DNA of 53,082 bases from Lama guanicoe (Eukaryota): assembly GCA_013239625.1 (NCBI GenBank), contig MU053594.1, positions 2,856,127 through 2,909,208 on the forward strand. Reading direction: 5' to 3'. The translations under genes were made by a program, and so were the position numbers. Each line of letters opens with the position of its first letter. The first letter of the stretch is position 1. The notes below the pieces were generated by a model. That model ran no database searches and was not told the DNA's origin. It was given only the letters and a program-made list of their open reading frames with translations. Shown here in pieces: positions 10,753 through 24,890 of the stretch.

Positions 10753-13700
10753 GCAAGTAGTTAAATTTTAGCATCAGACAGGTGTTTACTGTGCAGCTCA
10801 CTGGTCATGTAAACGTCAGCACTGTGTCAAAAGAGGCCGTTTGCAGACAATAAGGGTGACTCTTGCCGCCCAGCTTCATGGCAGGCGTTTACATTTTCAT
10901 AGCAACCGCATACCAGGAGATTCCCTTATAGGTTTATTTGTTTGTGTTTCTGCGTATATGTGTTTGGAGACAGTGGTATAGATGTGGAGAATGAGTGAAT
11001 TTTAAAACTCACATAAAACCTTCATTTATTGAGCATATTGTTTGTACCAGGCATTGTACTAGGCTTTAGGGATGCAAAAATAGGCCTGCTACAGAGTGAG
11101 TTTCAGTAAGTAATTGTTGAAGGACAGGAGAAAGTTTGAAAAGAGGATATAATCTCTGCCCTCCAGAAAGGAGCAGAAAGATGATTGATACAATATGAAA
11201 TGCTGTAACTGAGGCGTATCAGTGAGGCAAGCCAGGAACACAGGGAATTCAACATTTAATTCATTCAACCGATTAAAAAAGAGTTGACACAGAAAGCACC
11301 TTGCCGATTGGCTGGTAACGTTGCTACAGATTTACGTTATTAGTGAAACATAAAAGAAAAATGAATTCTAGTCCTTTGGTTCACATCTTCAGTTATGGCC
11401 TCTATTCATTTACTCTTGCCTTTAATACTGCATATAGCCACAGAGGAGACAGCTTAGAAAACCGAAGATCCAACTTCTCTCTAGAATTTGTGCTGCACTT
11501 TCCTAACAAATGGCTATTAGTACAAAGATGTCAGTTTTTAAAATTTAATCACTGTTTATTCCCTATTACAACTTCTTCCAAGCTCCTGCTTTCCCATTTG
11601 TGAGCAGTAAAGTAAGTAAATCTACTTCATATTTGTTTGCTTTTTTAGCTCACGCAAGGATCTTCTTTAGTTTTGGGGGGGGGCTGCTTAAGCCCAGGTA
11701 AGTGGTACAATATCAAGAAAATCATTTCCAAAAAATTAATGCAGTTGATTTTTTTTTTGCCTAATGTATAGTTTATCAATTTAGGAAAAAAAAAGGTTAC
11801 CTTTTTAAATATACTTAGTTTCGGAATGTCATCTAATCTTTATGAGGTCATCTCAGTAGAAGCATCAAGCACTTGGGCATTCTGAAAAGCCACACTCAGG
11901 CTTGTGACTTTGGAGTTTACAAAGAACACATACCCTATTTCCAGTCTATCTTCTGTGTCCTGTGAGGCACAGTCATAGTTTTCCTCGTCTCTGAACAACT
12001 GGGAAACTTGTTAGTGCTAGGTGTAAGCACAGCCTCGACCTGTCCTGACAAGTTTGTACTATTACACATTTATAAGGGAATAAGTAGTCTCCTTCAGGCT
12101 CTGTGTATTGTGTTTCACACAGTTGTTATAAACAAAAAGAAAATCCTAGTATTCAGTGCAGGGGAACAGATTCTTAGATAGATAGAAAAGTGAACATTTT
12201 TTCTGAAGTCACCAATGGCTCTTTGTTTTGCTACACTTTTGAGCAAAAGAAAGAGATGCATATTTTGAATGAATGAATACCTAAATCTACTTATAAAGTC
12301 CTTGTCATATTGGTAGCTGTTAAGACTCTTTTATTATTTGCAGAAGAACTGAATCCTGTGTCTTCTAAATTCATGATGTACATAATGTTTATTTTCTTGC
12401 ATTTGGTGTACACGTGACATGATGATGTCGGAAGCAGAAGGAACTTGAGGGACTATGTAGTCCAAATTTTCTCAATTTCTAGATAAGGAGAGGGGGGCCC
12501 AGGGAAGTGTCTGGATTGCCTTGATTAGCTCATCTCATTAGTAGCATGGCAGTAGAGTAAGTCTCTACCAACAATAGGACCTTAAATAAGAATAATATTC
12601 TCCCCGTACTTTGATGGCATTCTCTTGAGTGTGAGTCCACTAGATGAGGTAGGCATACTCCACATTCGACTCCTCACACATCTGACAATTTTATACCTAA
12701 GAAAACCGTCTAATCCCTGTGTATATATACACAAATGGTCCTCTGCACTAGGTCTCCATGGAAACGCCTGTCTTAAAAGCACCTTTACAGAAGAAAATTT
12801 GCCACCCTTCTTTGATTTATCCATTCTCATGCTTAACAACCATCACTCTCAGAAAGTTTTCCTTATAGCAGAAGGTTTCAATTCTTGGGATCCACGGATC
12901 CCTGAAGAATCCATGTTAGGGGTTTCTGAAGCCCTTGAAGTTAATGTGCATAATTTTGTTCACAGTTTTTGTGAACTTCTCTGAGAGCCACTACCCAAGA
13001 TCAACCTGGATTCTCAGCCTACAGTTTGGCCACATTTCTTTTTGCCTTATTTTCTTTGAAAGATGCTTTCTATCCTCTGTATTATAACTCTGCATTAATT
13101 TGTATATGTTTACTGTTTCTAAGTGAAGAATTTCAGGTCATTTTAACTTCTCTCATTTGAAATCATTTTGATGGTAATCTTTTGAACCTTTTCCAAAATC
13201 TTTATAAACCTGAAAGTCAAGGAGCTCAGGATTGGAAATCACACATTGATGAAGACCTAGTTTAGGAGCTTGGATCTGCTGACAGTGTCAGAGGGTTAGA
13301 GCAGCAGAAGTTAAGACTACTGAGATAGGCCCGGGATTGTGGCCTGTGCTCAGGTAGCTAGGCAGACCCTCACGATCAGAACAGACAGTGGGCAGGGGGC
13401 CCAGGGCAAGCTTAAAGGATTGGGCACATTTCAAAGTTCAAAGCCTGGTAAATAGATCCTGAGTAAAGGGAGTCAGGATAAGGAGCAGGAATCAAACCCA
13501 GGCCTCAAGGTGGAACAGAATCCTGCAGAAAATCTGCATATGAACGAATGGCCACCTGTTTTAGTAAAATCAACCTGATCTTCCAAAATTGAGACCCTTT
13601 ATGTGGAGACAGGCTGCTGGACCTTGCAGTACAAATACTAGTCTCCCATATTTCCCTGGATCCTGCAACCTCTGCACGCAGAGTGGCCACAGAGTATCAG

Positions 13701-13759
13701 ATCCCTGAGCGGTACATTCCCTAGAGATGTGACTCATGGAAGCAGTGCAGTGGGGCTTA

Positions 13760-13975
13760 TAAGCTGTAATATATAAAACAGTTTATCAGAATCACTGGGC
13801 TTGAGAGGGATTACAGATTCTCCTGGGAATCTGATGAAAACTGCGGGCTTTCCCTTCAGAAGGGAGGCACCAAATATGTATCATGTAAAAAAAAAAATTA
13901 CACAATCTAACCTGCCCCAAAACGAATTCATGGTTAATAAGTCCTGATTGAGTATGGTGTTCTGCATTTCTCACC
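13760..13975. mobile_element. MER5-like hAT DNA transposon remnant
   Basis: atcagaatcactggg..ctgggaatctg.., MER5-like motifs. Confidence 0.35.
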
Positions 13976-14312
13976 CGTATGTTTCCTGCCCGTTATTAAA
14001 GTTTTACGTAATTGTTTCAGTTGCTATCTGAGCTGTACAAAGAAGGTTTGGGCATTTAGTTTCTACACGTGAGCCAAAAGACAAATAGGGGAAAGAGTAA
14101 CACTGAGATCATGGCACTGGTGACAACAGTAACTTGTGTGAGATCCCCGGGGCACGGTAAATCTGGAGGCAACAAAATGGGCCGAGGAAGTCCAGTATCC
14201 CCTTCTCATTGGATGGTTCTTCCTCTCTTCCTTAGGATCTAGGTTTTATTTTACTAGCTAAGAAGCAGTTCCCTTATAAATCACGTAAGGAGATACTACT
14301 ACTGAGCCAGTT

Positions 14313-14313
<1 letters not shown>

Positions 14314-14361
<48 letters not shown>
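14314..14361. repeat. (GT)24 microsatellite
   Basis: Read directly. Confidence 0.95.
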
Positions 14362-14364
<3 letters not shown>

Positions 14365-15245
14365 AAGAGCAGTATCCAGTCCCAGGCATGGCTAGCCTAG
14401 GCCCTCAGGTGGTGGGTGGGTGAGACCTCACCAGGATAAGGAGAGAGGGTGGAACAGGAAGAAAGCTTCCGTGACCCAGCCTGAACTTCACTCACGGCTG
14501 TTTGTGACTATATTGTAAATTCTACACATCCAACTCCAGTGGCAGGCCCTCAGACTCTGACTAGAGGTGTTAGATATGTAACATTAAAAATTTAGGGAGT
14601 AATTATCTGGATAATTCAAATTGAATAAAACCGCATTTATCACAAATTTTAGGTCCTGTGAAGCACAGAGTATCTGAATTATTCAATTAATCCTATATTT
14701 ATATACCACTTAGAAAAGAAAAAAGTGTTAGTTTTTTTAAGTTACAGGTAAATATCTATTTGGAAGAATAGATTCCCAAATGTGTAAACATTTAAATTTA
14801 AAAGTCTATTAAGTGTGTATGAATCTAGTCTCCATCTTTCGCTTTAACTATGTACTTTCTCCCTTTTCTTGATCTCTTTGAATTCTGTTTTCCCTTGAAG
14901 CCCACTTTGGGGCCCACCCTGCCTGTGAAACAGAGCTAGCAGAATCACTCCGATGAGATTCCGGAGAGGAAATGAGACAGTCCGGTCCTGTCCTCGGCAT
15001 AGGGCCATGAGCCTTGAGGCCGCAGTTGATGCTAATGGTCGGGATGCTCTTTCCCAAATACGCTGGTCAACATTTAACCTCCTTGAAAAAGACTTACTGC
15101 TTGTACTGCTTTTTGACACTTAGCTCTCCTGGTTTAGATGTTATTATTTCATGTCCTTGGTAAGATTGCGAACTGGTATCGAAAACTGGCATTTACTTGC
15201 TTTATAGCCACGTGGTCTTCATTGTGATTTTTCCCCCCTCAACAG

Positions 15246-15328
15246 AAAATGAAAACACTAGCAGAAAGGAGAAGGAGTGCCCCATCTCTCATCCTGGATA
15301 AAACCCTGCAGAAACGGCCGAGTACCAA
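15246..15328 (+). CDS. ARHGAP20: ARHGAP20 coding exon 2 (KMKTLAERRRSAPSLILDKTLQKRPST)
   Basis: Acceptor ttttcccccctcaacag, donor AA|gtaagt; 83 nt, phase 0 to 2. Confidence 0.95.
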
Positions 15329-15567
15329 GTAAGTGCAGAGCTCTGTGCTACACATTTGGTTTGTGCTGCATTGTTTTTCTAAATGTGTGAGGTTTGTTTT
15401 TAATCAAGACCAGGATTCTCTGTTAACTAACTGAAAGTAGGACTTTTGTTCTGAGGTTATTTAATAAGGCCTATTCTTTATGTGAAACATAAACATAATG
15501 AAATACGTAATTAATAACTTGCATTTTCCTTTATATTACTGTTATGCTATTTTATTGACACCTTTTT

Positions 15568-15665
15568 GTATTTTTTTAAATTGAGGTATAGTCAGTTTAC
15601 AATGTTGTGTCATTTTCCGGTGTACAGCACAGAGCTCCAGTTACACATGAACGTACATATATTCA
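15568..15665 (-). mobile_element. Short 5'-truncated young L1 3' end, antisense
   Basis: tttttttaaattgaggtatagtcagtttacaatgttgtgtca..ggtgtacagca; flanked by near-repeat gacac(c)ttttg. Confidence 0.65.
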
Positions 15666-16269
15666 GACACTTTTGAAATTCTGTTAAGTAGCTGTGAATT
15701 TTGTCTCAGGAAAGAAAAGGAGGAATTGAAATGAATGGATAAACGTAGACATGTATATAACAAAGGGACATTGGGCCTAATAGAGTTGAAAGTGACTGAG
15801 AGAGGTGAAGTGCCGGGTTAGGGAAAAAGCCAACACGTGACTTAGTGGGGTGGTTTTGAGTTAAGAGAACCAATATGACAAAATTGCAACCATGACCTTC
15901 CCCACTCCAGCCTCCTCATCACCTCTGCAGTAATCGGTGCTCACATTGGAGCCAGTTCCCCAAATTCCTGCATCACAGATAATGAAATATGATGGGTTTT
16001 GTGTCAAAATAACCACAGGAAAAAAAGTTTAAGTTGAAATTGTATATGTCTTAGTCGTCAGCTTATTTCCTATGAGTTTCTCTAGGTCAGTAAGATGAGT
16101 ACATAGTGCCAGAGAACAGGACTTTCATTTACAGGAATAATGCTTTTACTCTATGTAGTATCAGGTGGTTAATATTTGCACAAAAAAAAAGGTATCTTGG
16201 GTGTTGAAGGTGCACAAAATATTTGTAAGTAGCGTAATCTAGTAGGATTGGAGAAGACCTTAAAGGACA

Positions 16270-16390
16270 TCTAGTCTGGAGGTTTCCAAACCTTTCTAAG
16301 TCCATACTCTGCAGTGAGACCCAGACATCTGCATATTTGTTTAAAAACTCTTCATAATTAATTCTGATACACTTTCGGTGGAGAACCACC
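16270..16390. mobile_element. MER5-like DNA transposon fragment
   Basis: gtgagacccagacatctgcatatttgtttaaaaactc..attctgatacac..ggagaaccac. Confidence 0.45.
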
Positions 16391-16429
16391 CCCGCAAGCT
16401 ACAGAAGAATCCTTTCTTAAAAGAATACT

Positions 16430-17660
16430 GTGGGCACGGGAGTCCATGTGGGCACCGATGGACTGCAGAGCCGCGTCAAGTCCGGGGTGAAGACCGCCCC
16501 CGAGTCCCCACCATACAGCTTGGGGAGCTACGACTCCATCAAAACCGAAGTCAGTGGCTGCCCTGAGGACCTGACAGTGGGCCAGGCCCCCACCGCAGAT
16601 GACGATGAAGATGACCACGACGACCATGAGGACAATGACAAAATGAATGACTCTGAAGGCATGGACCCAGAGCGCCTCAAGGCCTTCAGTATGTTTGTGC
16701 ATCTCTTCGTGGACGAGAACCTGGACCGCATGGTGCCCATCTCCAAGCAGCCCAAGGAGAGGATCCAGGCCATCGATGAGTCGTGCAGCCGGCAGTCCCC
16801 TGAGTTCCAGGAGCGGGCCCGCCAGTGCAGCTGCACGTACCTCAACTCCTGCCAGCGCATGCAGAAGAACAGTGTGGAGATGACCAGACCCACCCCACCC
16901 CACCTGACCTCGGCCATGGCAGAAAACATCCTGGCACCTGCCTGTGACAGTGAGACAAGAAAAGCAGCCGAAAGGTTGCGCCTGGAGATCTACCAGTCCT
17001 CTTAGGACGAGCCCGTAGCCCTAGACAAGCAGCGCTCCCGGGACTCTGCAGCCATCACCCATTCCACCTACTCACTGGCGGCCTCCTCCTACTCCCAGGA
17101 CCCTGTCTACGTCAACAGTGGCCCCAACTACAGTTACCACAGTTATGGGGCCTTGGGCAGCAACCTGCCTCCCTCCAAACAGAAAATCACAGTAATGGGC
17201 CCACAGACCTCAGCATGAAAGGCAGGGCCTCGACCACCTCCACCACGCCCATGCCCACACCTTCCAGCAACAGCACCAACCAGGCCATGCCCACTGCCCA
17301 GCTCAGCCCCACGGAGATCAGTGCTGTGCGGCAGCTCATCGCCGGCTACCGGGAGTCTGCTGCCTTTCTGCTGAGCTCGGCAGATGAAGTGGAAAACCTC
17401 ATTTTACAGCAGAACTGACCCCGCAGCACCTGGAGTGCACTACCCTAGGGAAGGAGGCCCTCCCAGCCCCGGACTGGCTTCCCGCCTCACCAGTTGGTAC
17501 CTTTTGTGTTTTGAAAGAGGTGGATCCAGAAGAGCTGTTTCTAGCCACACTCCAAGCGCCTGAGACTCTGGGCACAAGGACACTGTTTTTTGGAATCTCA
17601 CCACACAGGTGCTCTGACCTGCTTGGAAGAGGCCAACGGGGCAGCTTTGGAAGGGCTGCC
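16430..17660 (+). pseudogene. NOL4L: NOL4L processed pseudogene (5'-truncated; C-terminal CDS plus part of the 3' UTR) in ARHGAP20 intron 2
   Basis: Intronless match to recalled NOL4L ([71 protein letters not shown], stop ending at 17418). Premature TAG at 17003-17005 and a frameshift near 17165. The 3' boundary is approximate. Confidence 0.9.
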
Positions 17661-17739
17661 ATTGAGGGAGAAGCTAGAAACTCTTTTTTCCCCCTCAAAG
17701 AGCTATCACAAATTCAAGGCAGAATTAGGCTGCCATGGG

Positions 17740-18780
17740 GATTGAGGAAGGGCAGGACTATGAGAAGACCCTACCTCAGAGGCCCAGGTGCATAGACTCT
17801 GCCTAAAATTGAGACAGGTCAGGAGGACTGAGAATCCCACTTGTTCCCACAAAGAGCCTAATGCTGAGTAGCATGCAGTAGGAACCTCCTGCTAGGACAA
17901 GAGCAAGAGCTGGCAAGGACCACCCTTCCATGAAGAGCAGGCGTCCAGGGGCGGCTAAAGGATGAAAGTGGAGCAGGATCACTGAGAAGAGCTCTGTAGC
18001 GTTCCAGGCCTCACACTAAACACAGGCGGCAGTGGTCCATCACGGGAAGAATCCGAAGCCCGTGGTTCACTGACGTTAAAGACAGCAACAACAAAACCCA
18101 AACCCAGCTCAGCGACTGACTAAAGCGACTCAGCCTCCCGTGCTAATGATAATGACCTGACAGAAGAGGCGTGCCCATTTCCATGAGTAAATAGCAGCCT
18201 CTGTTGTTCTTCTATCACAATGTCTAGTAGTCAATCAAATATTTCATGACACAATAAATGGCTAGAAAAAGACCCATGGTTGAAATCTAAAGCAGCCAGC
18301 CAGACTTAGAGATGAAACATATGTTGGAACTATCACACGGGGACATTAAAACAACTATGATTGATATGTTAAGGCTCTAGAGGAAAAGGTGGGCAGCAAC
18401 CATGAACAGGTGGGGAATTTCAGCAGGGAGATGGAAACTGAAAAAGAGCCAAATGGAAAAGTGGGAGTTAAACGTGTGCTATCAAAGGTGAGGAATTCTT
18501 CAGCAGTTTTATCTGCAGACTTGACATAGCTGAAGAAAGAATCAGTAAACCTGAAGATGGATTAATAAGAAATTTTCCAACATTGAACGCAAATTAAAAA
18601 CCTGTGACGTATCCAGGAGCTGTGGAATACTGTCAGACGGCCTGTCATACACGTGAGCGGTCCCAGAAGAACAGAGAGGAAAATGGGGCAGAAAAAAATA
18701 CTTGAGGATACAAATGGCCAAGAATTTTACAAAATTAAGGAATAAGCTCAGAAGCTCTCAAGCTGAATAAATAAACCAAA
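17740..18780 (+). mobile_element. Old L1 5'/ORF1 remnant
   Basis: aatttcagcagggagatggaaact..gcagacttgacatagctgaagaaagaatcagtaaacctgaagat resembles L1 ORF1 coiled-coil DNA. Confidence 0.7.
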
Positions 18781-21700
18781 TTTTGTGTATTGGTAGTGGA
18801 GGGAGGCTATCCAGGCAGGGAAGGATGGCTGGAACTCTCAGCTCATTGTCTTGTCCCTTTACATCCATGCACCACTGAGGATCTCGCTCTGCTTATCACT
18901 GCTGTCATCACACTGATAATTGAAGACTTTAACCCTAGTGTACCTATAGCCCAGCGTCCCAGCAAGGGCAGACTGTGTGGGATTACCTAAGCGAGACGCG
19001 GGAGTGCATTTCTCCATGTGTGTTCAGTGTGAGCGGGCAGCATTGCTGCTGTCAGATGTTCAGTTGAGGGGACGGAGGGTTCTCCACCAGCTTTCACTGT
19101 ACGTATAGCAGAGTAAAAGCTGTGGGAAATAGGGAAGTAAAGAAACCTCTTCAATCTCATGTTCCCCCCAGGTTCCTTTTCCCTGATCTTCACAAAAGAT
19201 AAACTGTAGAAGCATTTTGTTTGTGTCATTCACCTCTTAGAACAGTGCCTGGCAATTGTTAATTTATTCAGTAAGTATTTAAATGCCAACTATTTGTCAG
19301 GCACTTTTCTAGGCATTTGGGTATACTGTTATGTGGTCCTTGCTTTCATGGAGTTTACATTCCAGTGGGGGGATGTGGATGGGAAAATGCAAAACAAATG
19401 AGAGTATTAAAAAGGAGTACCTTGTATAAGAGAACAAAACAGGGCAATAGGAGAGAGAGCAGCTAGTCTAGGTAGGATGGCAAGGCAGGTGCCCCTGAGC
19501 TGGACGCCTTTCTCGTGGTCCTCTGAGTGCCAGCCCCAAGGAGCTCCACATTCTTATGTGACACCAAGTCCAAGAGTGAGAAGCCAGAGTCGGACACTCT
19601 TACCCACTTCAGAAACCTGCCTCTTCCCATGTCACTAACCCTGACGAAATCTGCCAACTTCAGAGAAGACCCGTGGCTGCCTGTGAGGAGCTTTATAAGA
19701 CTAGCAAGACGGACATCGCCAACATAATTCGTTCAGCAAACCTCCATTGACTTTCCGGTGGCCAGATGCTGCTAGGAACACAGCAGTGAATACGACGGAC
19801 AAAGCCCCTGGCCCTCGTGGGGGGCAGGGACCCTGATTTTGTCCTGCTGATATTTTGGGCACATGAAGCTCTGGCTCTTAAGAGAAGACGGCTTGCTTCC
19901 CACCTCCCCTTTGTTTACTTCTCTTTCTGAAGTCTGCCTGCTTAACTCCCTGGTTTGGAAAAGGAGACTGGAGTACAGCCAGCAGAAAGGTGGTTAACGT
20001 GACTGTATTTCTGTGGATTACTCGTACTCCCCACAGACCTCTAGAGTGAGGTCTCTGGAGAGGCTTTTTCTGAAGAATGAGAAAAATGAAACTTGCATTG
20101 CAATTTGTATTCTGCTTAGCCTTCTCCAAACCCCTGCTTTCAGAAACCTCTGGAATTTATTTCCAATGTAATTTTATTGGCAATGATAGAAACACTATCC
20201 TCCCTTTCCAGGGAGGCCTCTGAGACGGGGGATATTGCTTTAGCACTTTGCTGAATGGTCAGAGAGAGTGCCGTTAGCAGCACACTAATGTCTTCACAGC
20301 CTGGAAATAAATCAGGCCGCATGTGTGTTTGCTCAGCTCCCAACACAGATGCAGTGCATGCTTTCTGCTCTGTTAAGGCAATGATGTCATTCTAGCTGTG
20401 TGAAAAATGACTTTAGAATGTGGTTGGGTTTTAGTGGGGCTGTCAATTTTTACTTTGTCTGGCCTTTAATATGTGCATTTCACACTTGAACATGCACCAG
20501 CAGTGATTTTTAAGTATTCCATTTATTACTAACACTTTTAAGGACTTTCAATAACATAGAAATTAATACACTTGTTACTTAGCATTTGTTTATGATCATT
20601 GTGATTAAACTCTTGATGATCTAAACACGAGAAAAAAAATTTTGAGAATGATGAAAGGATTTTTTAATATGATAATTTTAATACGATGGTTCCTTATGAT
20701 GAATGTCCAGTTGGTGAGAACTTTATAATCTTTCTTGTTTGCTTTTTTTTTTCAGTTTGGTTCTGATTTCAGTTCAGCACACATTTGTTGAATATATGCT
20801 AGGCTTTGTGTTTTATAACGAGCAAAATTTAAAGATCTGCCCTTGTATGGGGAGTTAGAATTCCAAAACCACACTGGGCTTCTTAGCACATGCTTTTGGA
20901 AATGTGCACACAGCCCAAGTCTTTGAGAGGGGTGAGTCTGAGCTAGAGTCTGTTAACTTAGGCAACAGAAACAGTTTTTTGAGGGTTCCCCCCCACCTAA
21001 TATCTTTTAACTTTTTCTCAGTTTTGGAATGCTTTGATCACTTGAAGCCGCTATAAATGAAATTGTGTAAAGTCAGGTACTCATCTTTCTGGAATTCTCC
21101 CGTCCTCTTTTATTTTTATTTAGCAGCATTGATGGAAAAGAATCCCAGAAATAGAGTGATGTGGATGTATAAGTGGGACTACAATCATAAGGTAGGCGGG
21201 AGCTGGAGCAAATAAGCAAATGCATGTGCCTCCTCCAGAGAGTTACTTCTTTACCTGTGTTCTACTGGGTTACCATGGTAATTATGTCAAACAAGAGAAC
21301 CGCTCTTCCCCACCCCTCTCTTAGTCCAGCCAAAGAGTATTAATACCAACATTAGATTCAGAGCAAAGTGGCTTTGAGGTTTGGTTTTGGTTTCTGAATG
21401 ATCCAGGTAAATTGAGTGATTTCCCTAATTTACTTTTGTAGGTGGAGAAGACACTGTTTTGTTTGTTTAGCTATTAATCCTGCAAACATTTTAGTCCTCT
21501 GTACCAGGCACAGTTCTAGAAACAGAGGATCAGAAATAAGACATGGACTCTACCTTACTGCACAGTGTAAAGTGCTCACTGGGAGCTCCATTCAGTTGGG
21601 GAAGCAAGGCTCACAGATACAAGACACATAAAGAATATGAAAGAGAATATGCAATTAAGTGCTATGTAGCACGTTTACAGTACATTCAGTCCACAAGTAA

Positions 21701-23114
21701 CACGTGAGTCAGATACTGCTAATATATCAAAATACAGACTTAAAAAAAATTTGTATAGTTTCTGTTTAGAGAATAGAAAGATTACTAAGCAATGTAGGTA
21801 ATTTAGACATACAGTGAACATATTCCTGTTCTCCGAGTCTTTGTAGCAAACAGTGTTTGTATTGTGACCAATTTCAACCAGAAAAAATGGAAAATAGACA
21901 AAGATCATTTACTGTGAGGAAAAACTAGGTGAAAAGGACTGCCAAAACTGCTGCTTCTGCCCCAAATTGAATGCATAATCCAAAGCCTACTTGCTTTCAG
22001 CCATCAGCCATTGCTCCAGGCCTGACTTTGCAATAAGCAGTTTGGTGACTTTGACAAATCACTCAATCTTTTTGTGCTAAAGTTTTACTTTTGTCCAAAA
22101 CCTAACTCTCTTGAGAGACTCAATCCAATGCCGACTCCTCTGTGAAGCTTTTTCTGATCTCCTGTCTTCCTCCATGCCTTCCCGCTTCATCCCTGTTCAC
22201 CACCTAATTGTCTCAAAGGATGCTTTCTGACTCTTAAATTCCCCTCATCTTTGAGTTGTACCTCTTTTCTATGGTACTTACCACTTTGACCTTATATCGT
22301 ATCATTTTTTACACCAAGTTACACTATTTTCAATACGTCTAGATGGCAATCAATGGTCCTGGTCAATTTAAAGGATTTTTGTGTGTGTGTGTTTGGTTTT
22401 GCATCTTGCTTTGGTGACAGATGCCGATGTTTTACAGGGTAAAAAGAGTTGTTTAAAATGCCAGGCCTTTTAAGTGCTATGTCATATCATATTTCACTCA
22501 GATATTTGCACAAGTGGTGACAGCCCCAGGTGAAAAGGATCCATAACTGGAGTTTCTCATACAGTAGTAAATATAAAAATTGCTTCTCTTAGCAACTTAA
22601 AAATCTTTCAACTCAACATTTGTTGACAGTATATATTGTATATGTCCCATAGAAAGCTTTTATTTTAAGGATTAGACTCACTTTTGTTTGAAATTGGAAA
22701 GTGTATTGGATTTTAATGCTTTCAGGAATTAATATCAAGATTAGAATTCCCAATGTAGGCTCGCTTGAAGCACTTGAAATAATATTAAGTTAGCCCTGTC
22801 TGAAATTACAGCATCTTCTTTGTATGTTATTTCTGTTTTACCTACAATAAGTGAGTTTTAGTACAGTAAAATAAACAACTTTTTGGTTCTGTGTACATGC
22901 TGTGCATTGACAGTATACATCAAGAAGGCTAATATGATAGAAGCAAGAAGTGAATAGTATGGATTGAAAAGTAAGAGCAAGGAAGTAGAGAGTCCAGTTA
23001 GGAGTTTATTACAAATCTAGACTCAGGAGGTTTTATTTTTTAATTAGAATGTCCTTAAACATAGAATGTGATTACATATGGGGAACAAAAGAGAGAAGAA
23101 TAAAAAGTAGCAGA

Positions 23115-23735
23115 AGGACCCTCATTCATTGCTCGTGGGACTGTACAATGGTTACAACCACTGTGAAAAGCAGTTTCGTGGTTCCTCGGTAACTTAAACA
23201 TAGAACTACCATATTACACAGCAGTTCCACTCCTGGGTCTACTCAGAAGATAAAAGCAGGTGTTCAAACAAGTGTGCACACATTTTTTTTTATAGCAGCA
23301 CTATTCACAATAGCCATGAAACAGCCCAAATGTCCATCACCTAATGAATGGATATCCATGCAATGGAATATTATTCATCAATAAAAAGGAATGAAGTACT
23401 GATTCATGCTACAATATGGATGAACCCTGAAAGCATTATGCTAAATGAAAGAAACCAGGCATAAGAGGACACAGATTATATGGGCTGAAATATCCGGAGT
23501 AGGCAAATTCATAGAGACAGAACGAGGTTAGTAGTTGCCAGGGACTGGGTAGAGTAGGGAGTGATTGTTTAATAGGTCCAGGTTTTCCTTTGGGGATGAT
23601 GAAAATATTCAGGAACTCTAGGTAGCGGTGATAGTTGCACAACATTGTGAACATACTGAGTGCCACTGAATTTTAAAATAGCTAAAATGATAAATTTTAT
23701 TTTATGTATGTTTTGCCATAATTTAAAAAAAAACT
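23115..23735 (+). mobile_element. L1 3' end (L1MB-like)
   Basis: cagcccaaatgtccatcacctaatgaatggata..aaaaggaatgaagtactgattcatgctacaatatggatgaacc..; A-tail near 23725. Confidence 0.85.
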
Positions 23736-24169
23736 TAAAATTAAGCTAGTTTTTTTTTTTTAAGAGATGCTAGAGCAAGAATCGTGGACTTAAATGTTTT
23801 CAGGTCCCTGGGAGGTGTAGAATGCAGAGTAAAGAAGTTGCAAGTGAGGGAATGTGGTGAACCAGGCAATCAGAATGCAGGCCAAATAAAACATGACTGT
23901 GGGCTGTGGTTCCCAGCCTCTGTTACAGAGGGAGCTGAGCAACAATGACGTGATGCCAAGTAGATGCTTTATGGCAGAATCAGGCTCAGCAGTTGTGTAA
24001 CAGTAGAGGGTAAGTCTAACTTGTTTACCCCATGTGTTCACCATTTAGCATGGTGCCTAGCCAACACACACAGATGCTCAGAAGGCATTTGTTGGATGAA
24101 AAATAAATTAAAAATAAGTAAATAAATAAAGACTGGGCAGTAAGTCTATTGTATTCCTTTTCTCAGCCA

Positions 24170-24890
24170 AGTCGATCTCCATTTACCCCACCCCCAACTA
24201 GTCAGTTTGCAAATTTTAAGAATCTATATTTTTAATATCTCTTGAATATGTTTTTTTTCCCTATATCCTCTATCCTTCACTCACTGCCAACTCAGGTCCA
24301 TGACATTTCTTTCCTGAGATTACTGCAACAAATTCCTAAAGGTCTCCCTTCCTCTAAGCTTGCCTTCATTTATTCTCTTCAACATATTGTAAACCACAGT
24401 GTCCTGCTTAAAATCCTGCAGTGCTTTCAAATGGAGTCTGAAGGTGGTGGGGAAAACACCTGTAATACACAGCCCCTTCCTCGTCTGCTGCTCCTCCTCT
24501 TCAGACCTTTGTCACTCCAGCATCTGTGAACTTCCCAGGGTTACTGATGCACACCCTCCTGTCTTTGACACGCTCTTCTTTTTCCATAGAATGCCCTTCA
24601 GCCTTCGTTGTCCTTCCATCATTTAAGACTTTGGTTCCTCCAAAAAACTTTCCTAACCAATTCAGTCTCAGAGAGGGCCTCCTATTTTGGCTTTTCTCTG
24701 TGCCCTCAGTGCCCTGCATTTCTTTTATGTCACTTACCTCACTGGTGTATCATGACGTTTACTGGTCTGATTCCCTTGTCACGTTGCTACCTCCCTGAGG
24801 CTAGAAACCACATCTATCTCCAGTGCCTGGCACATGGCAGCCACCCAGCAAAGGCAACCCTGATCACTATTACAAACAACTAACTTATTA
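24170..24890. mobile_element. L2 LINE remnant
   Basis: cctgagattactgcaacaaattcctaaaggtctccct..cctgcttaaaatcctgcagtg..ccagtgcctggcacatggc. Confidence 0.55.

Noticed and set aside
14844..15119. 91-aa minus-strand ORF upstream of exon 2
   Set aside because: No recognisable homology or exon structure; likely chance.
16358..16929. Minus-strand ORFs of 181 and 133 aa
   Set aside because: Antisense shadows of the GC-rich NOL4L pseudogene coding sequence.
16430..17005. 191-aa NOL4L ORF as a functional retrogene
   Set aside because: Starts at a GTG mid-protein, ends in a premature TAG, has a downstream frameshift and carries disruptive substitutions in a conserved stretch.
21010..21082. Possible cryptic exon (ctttttctcag..tcag|gtactc)
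   Set aside because: Weak donor and no protein similarity; indistinguishable from chance.
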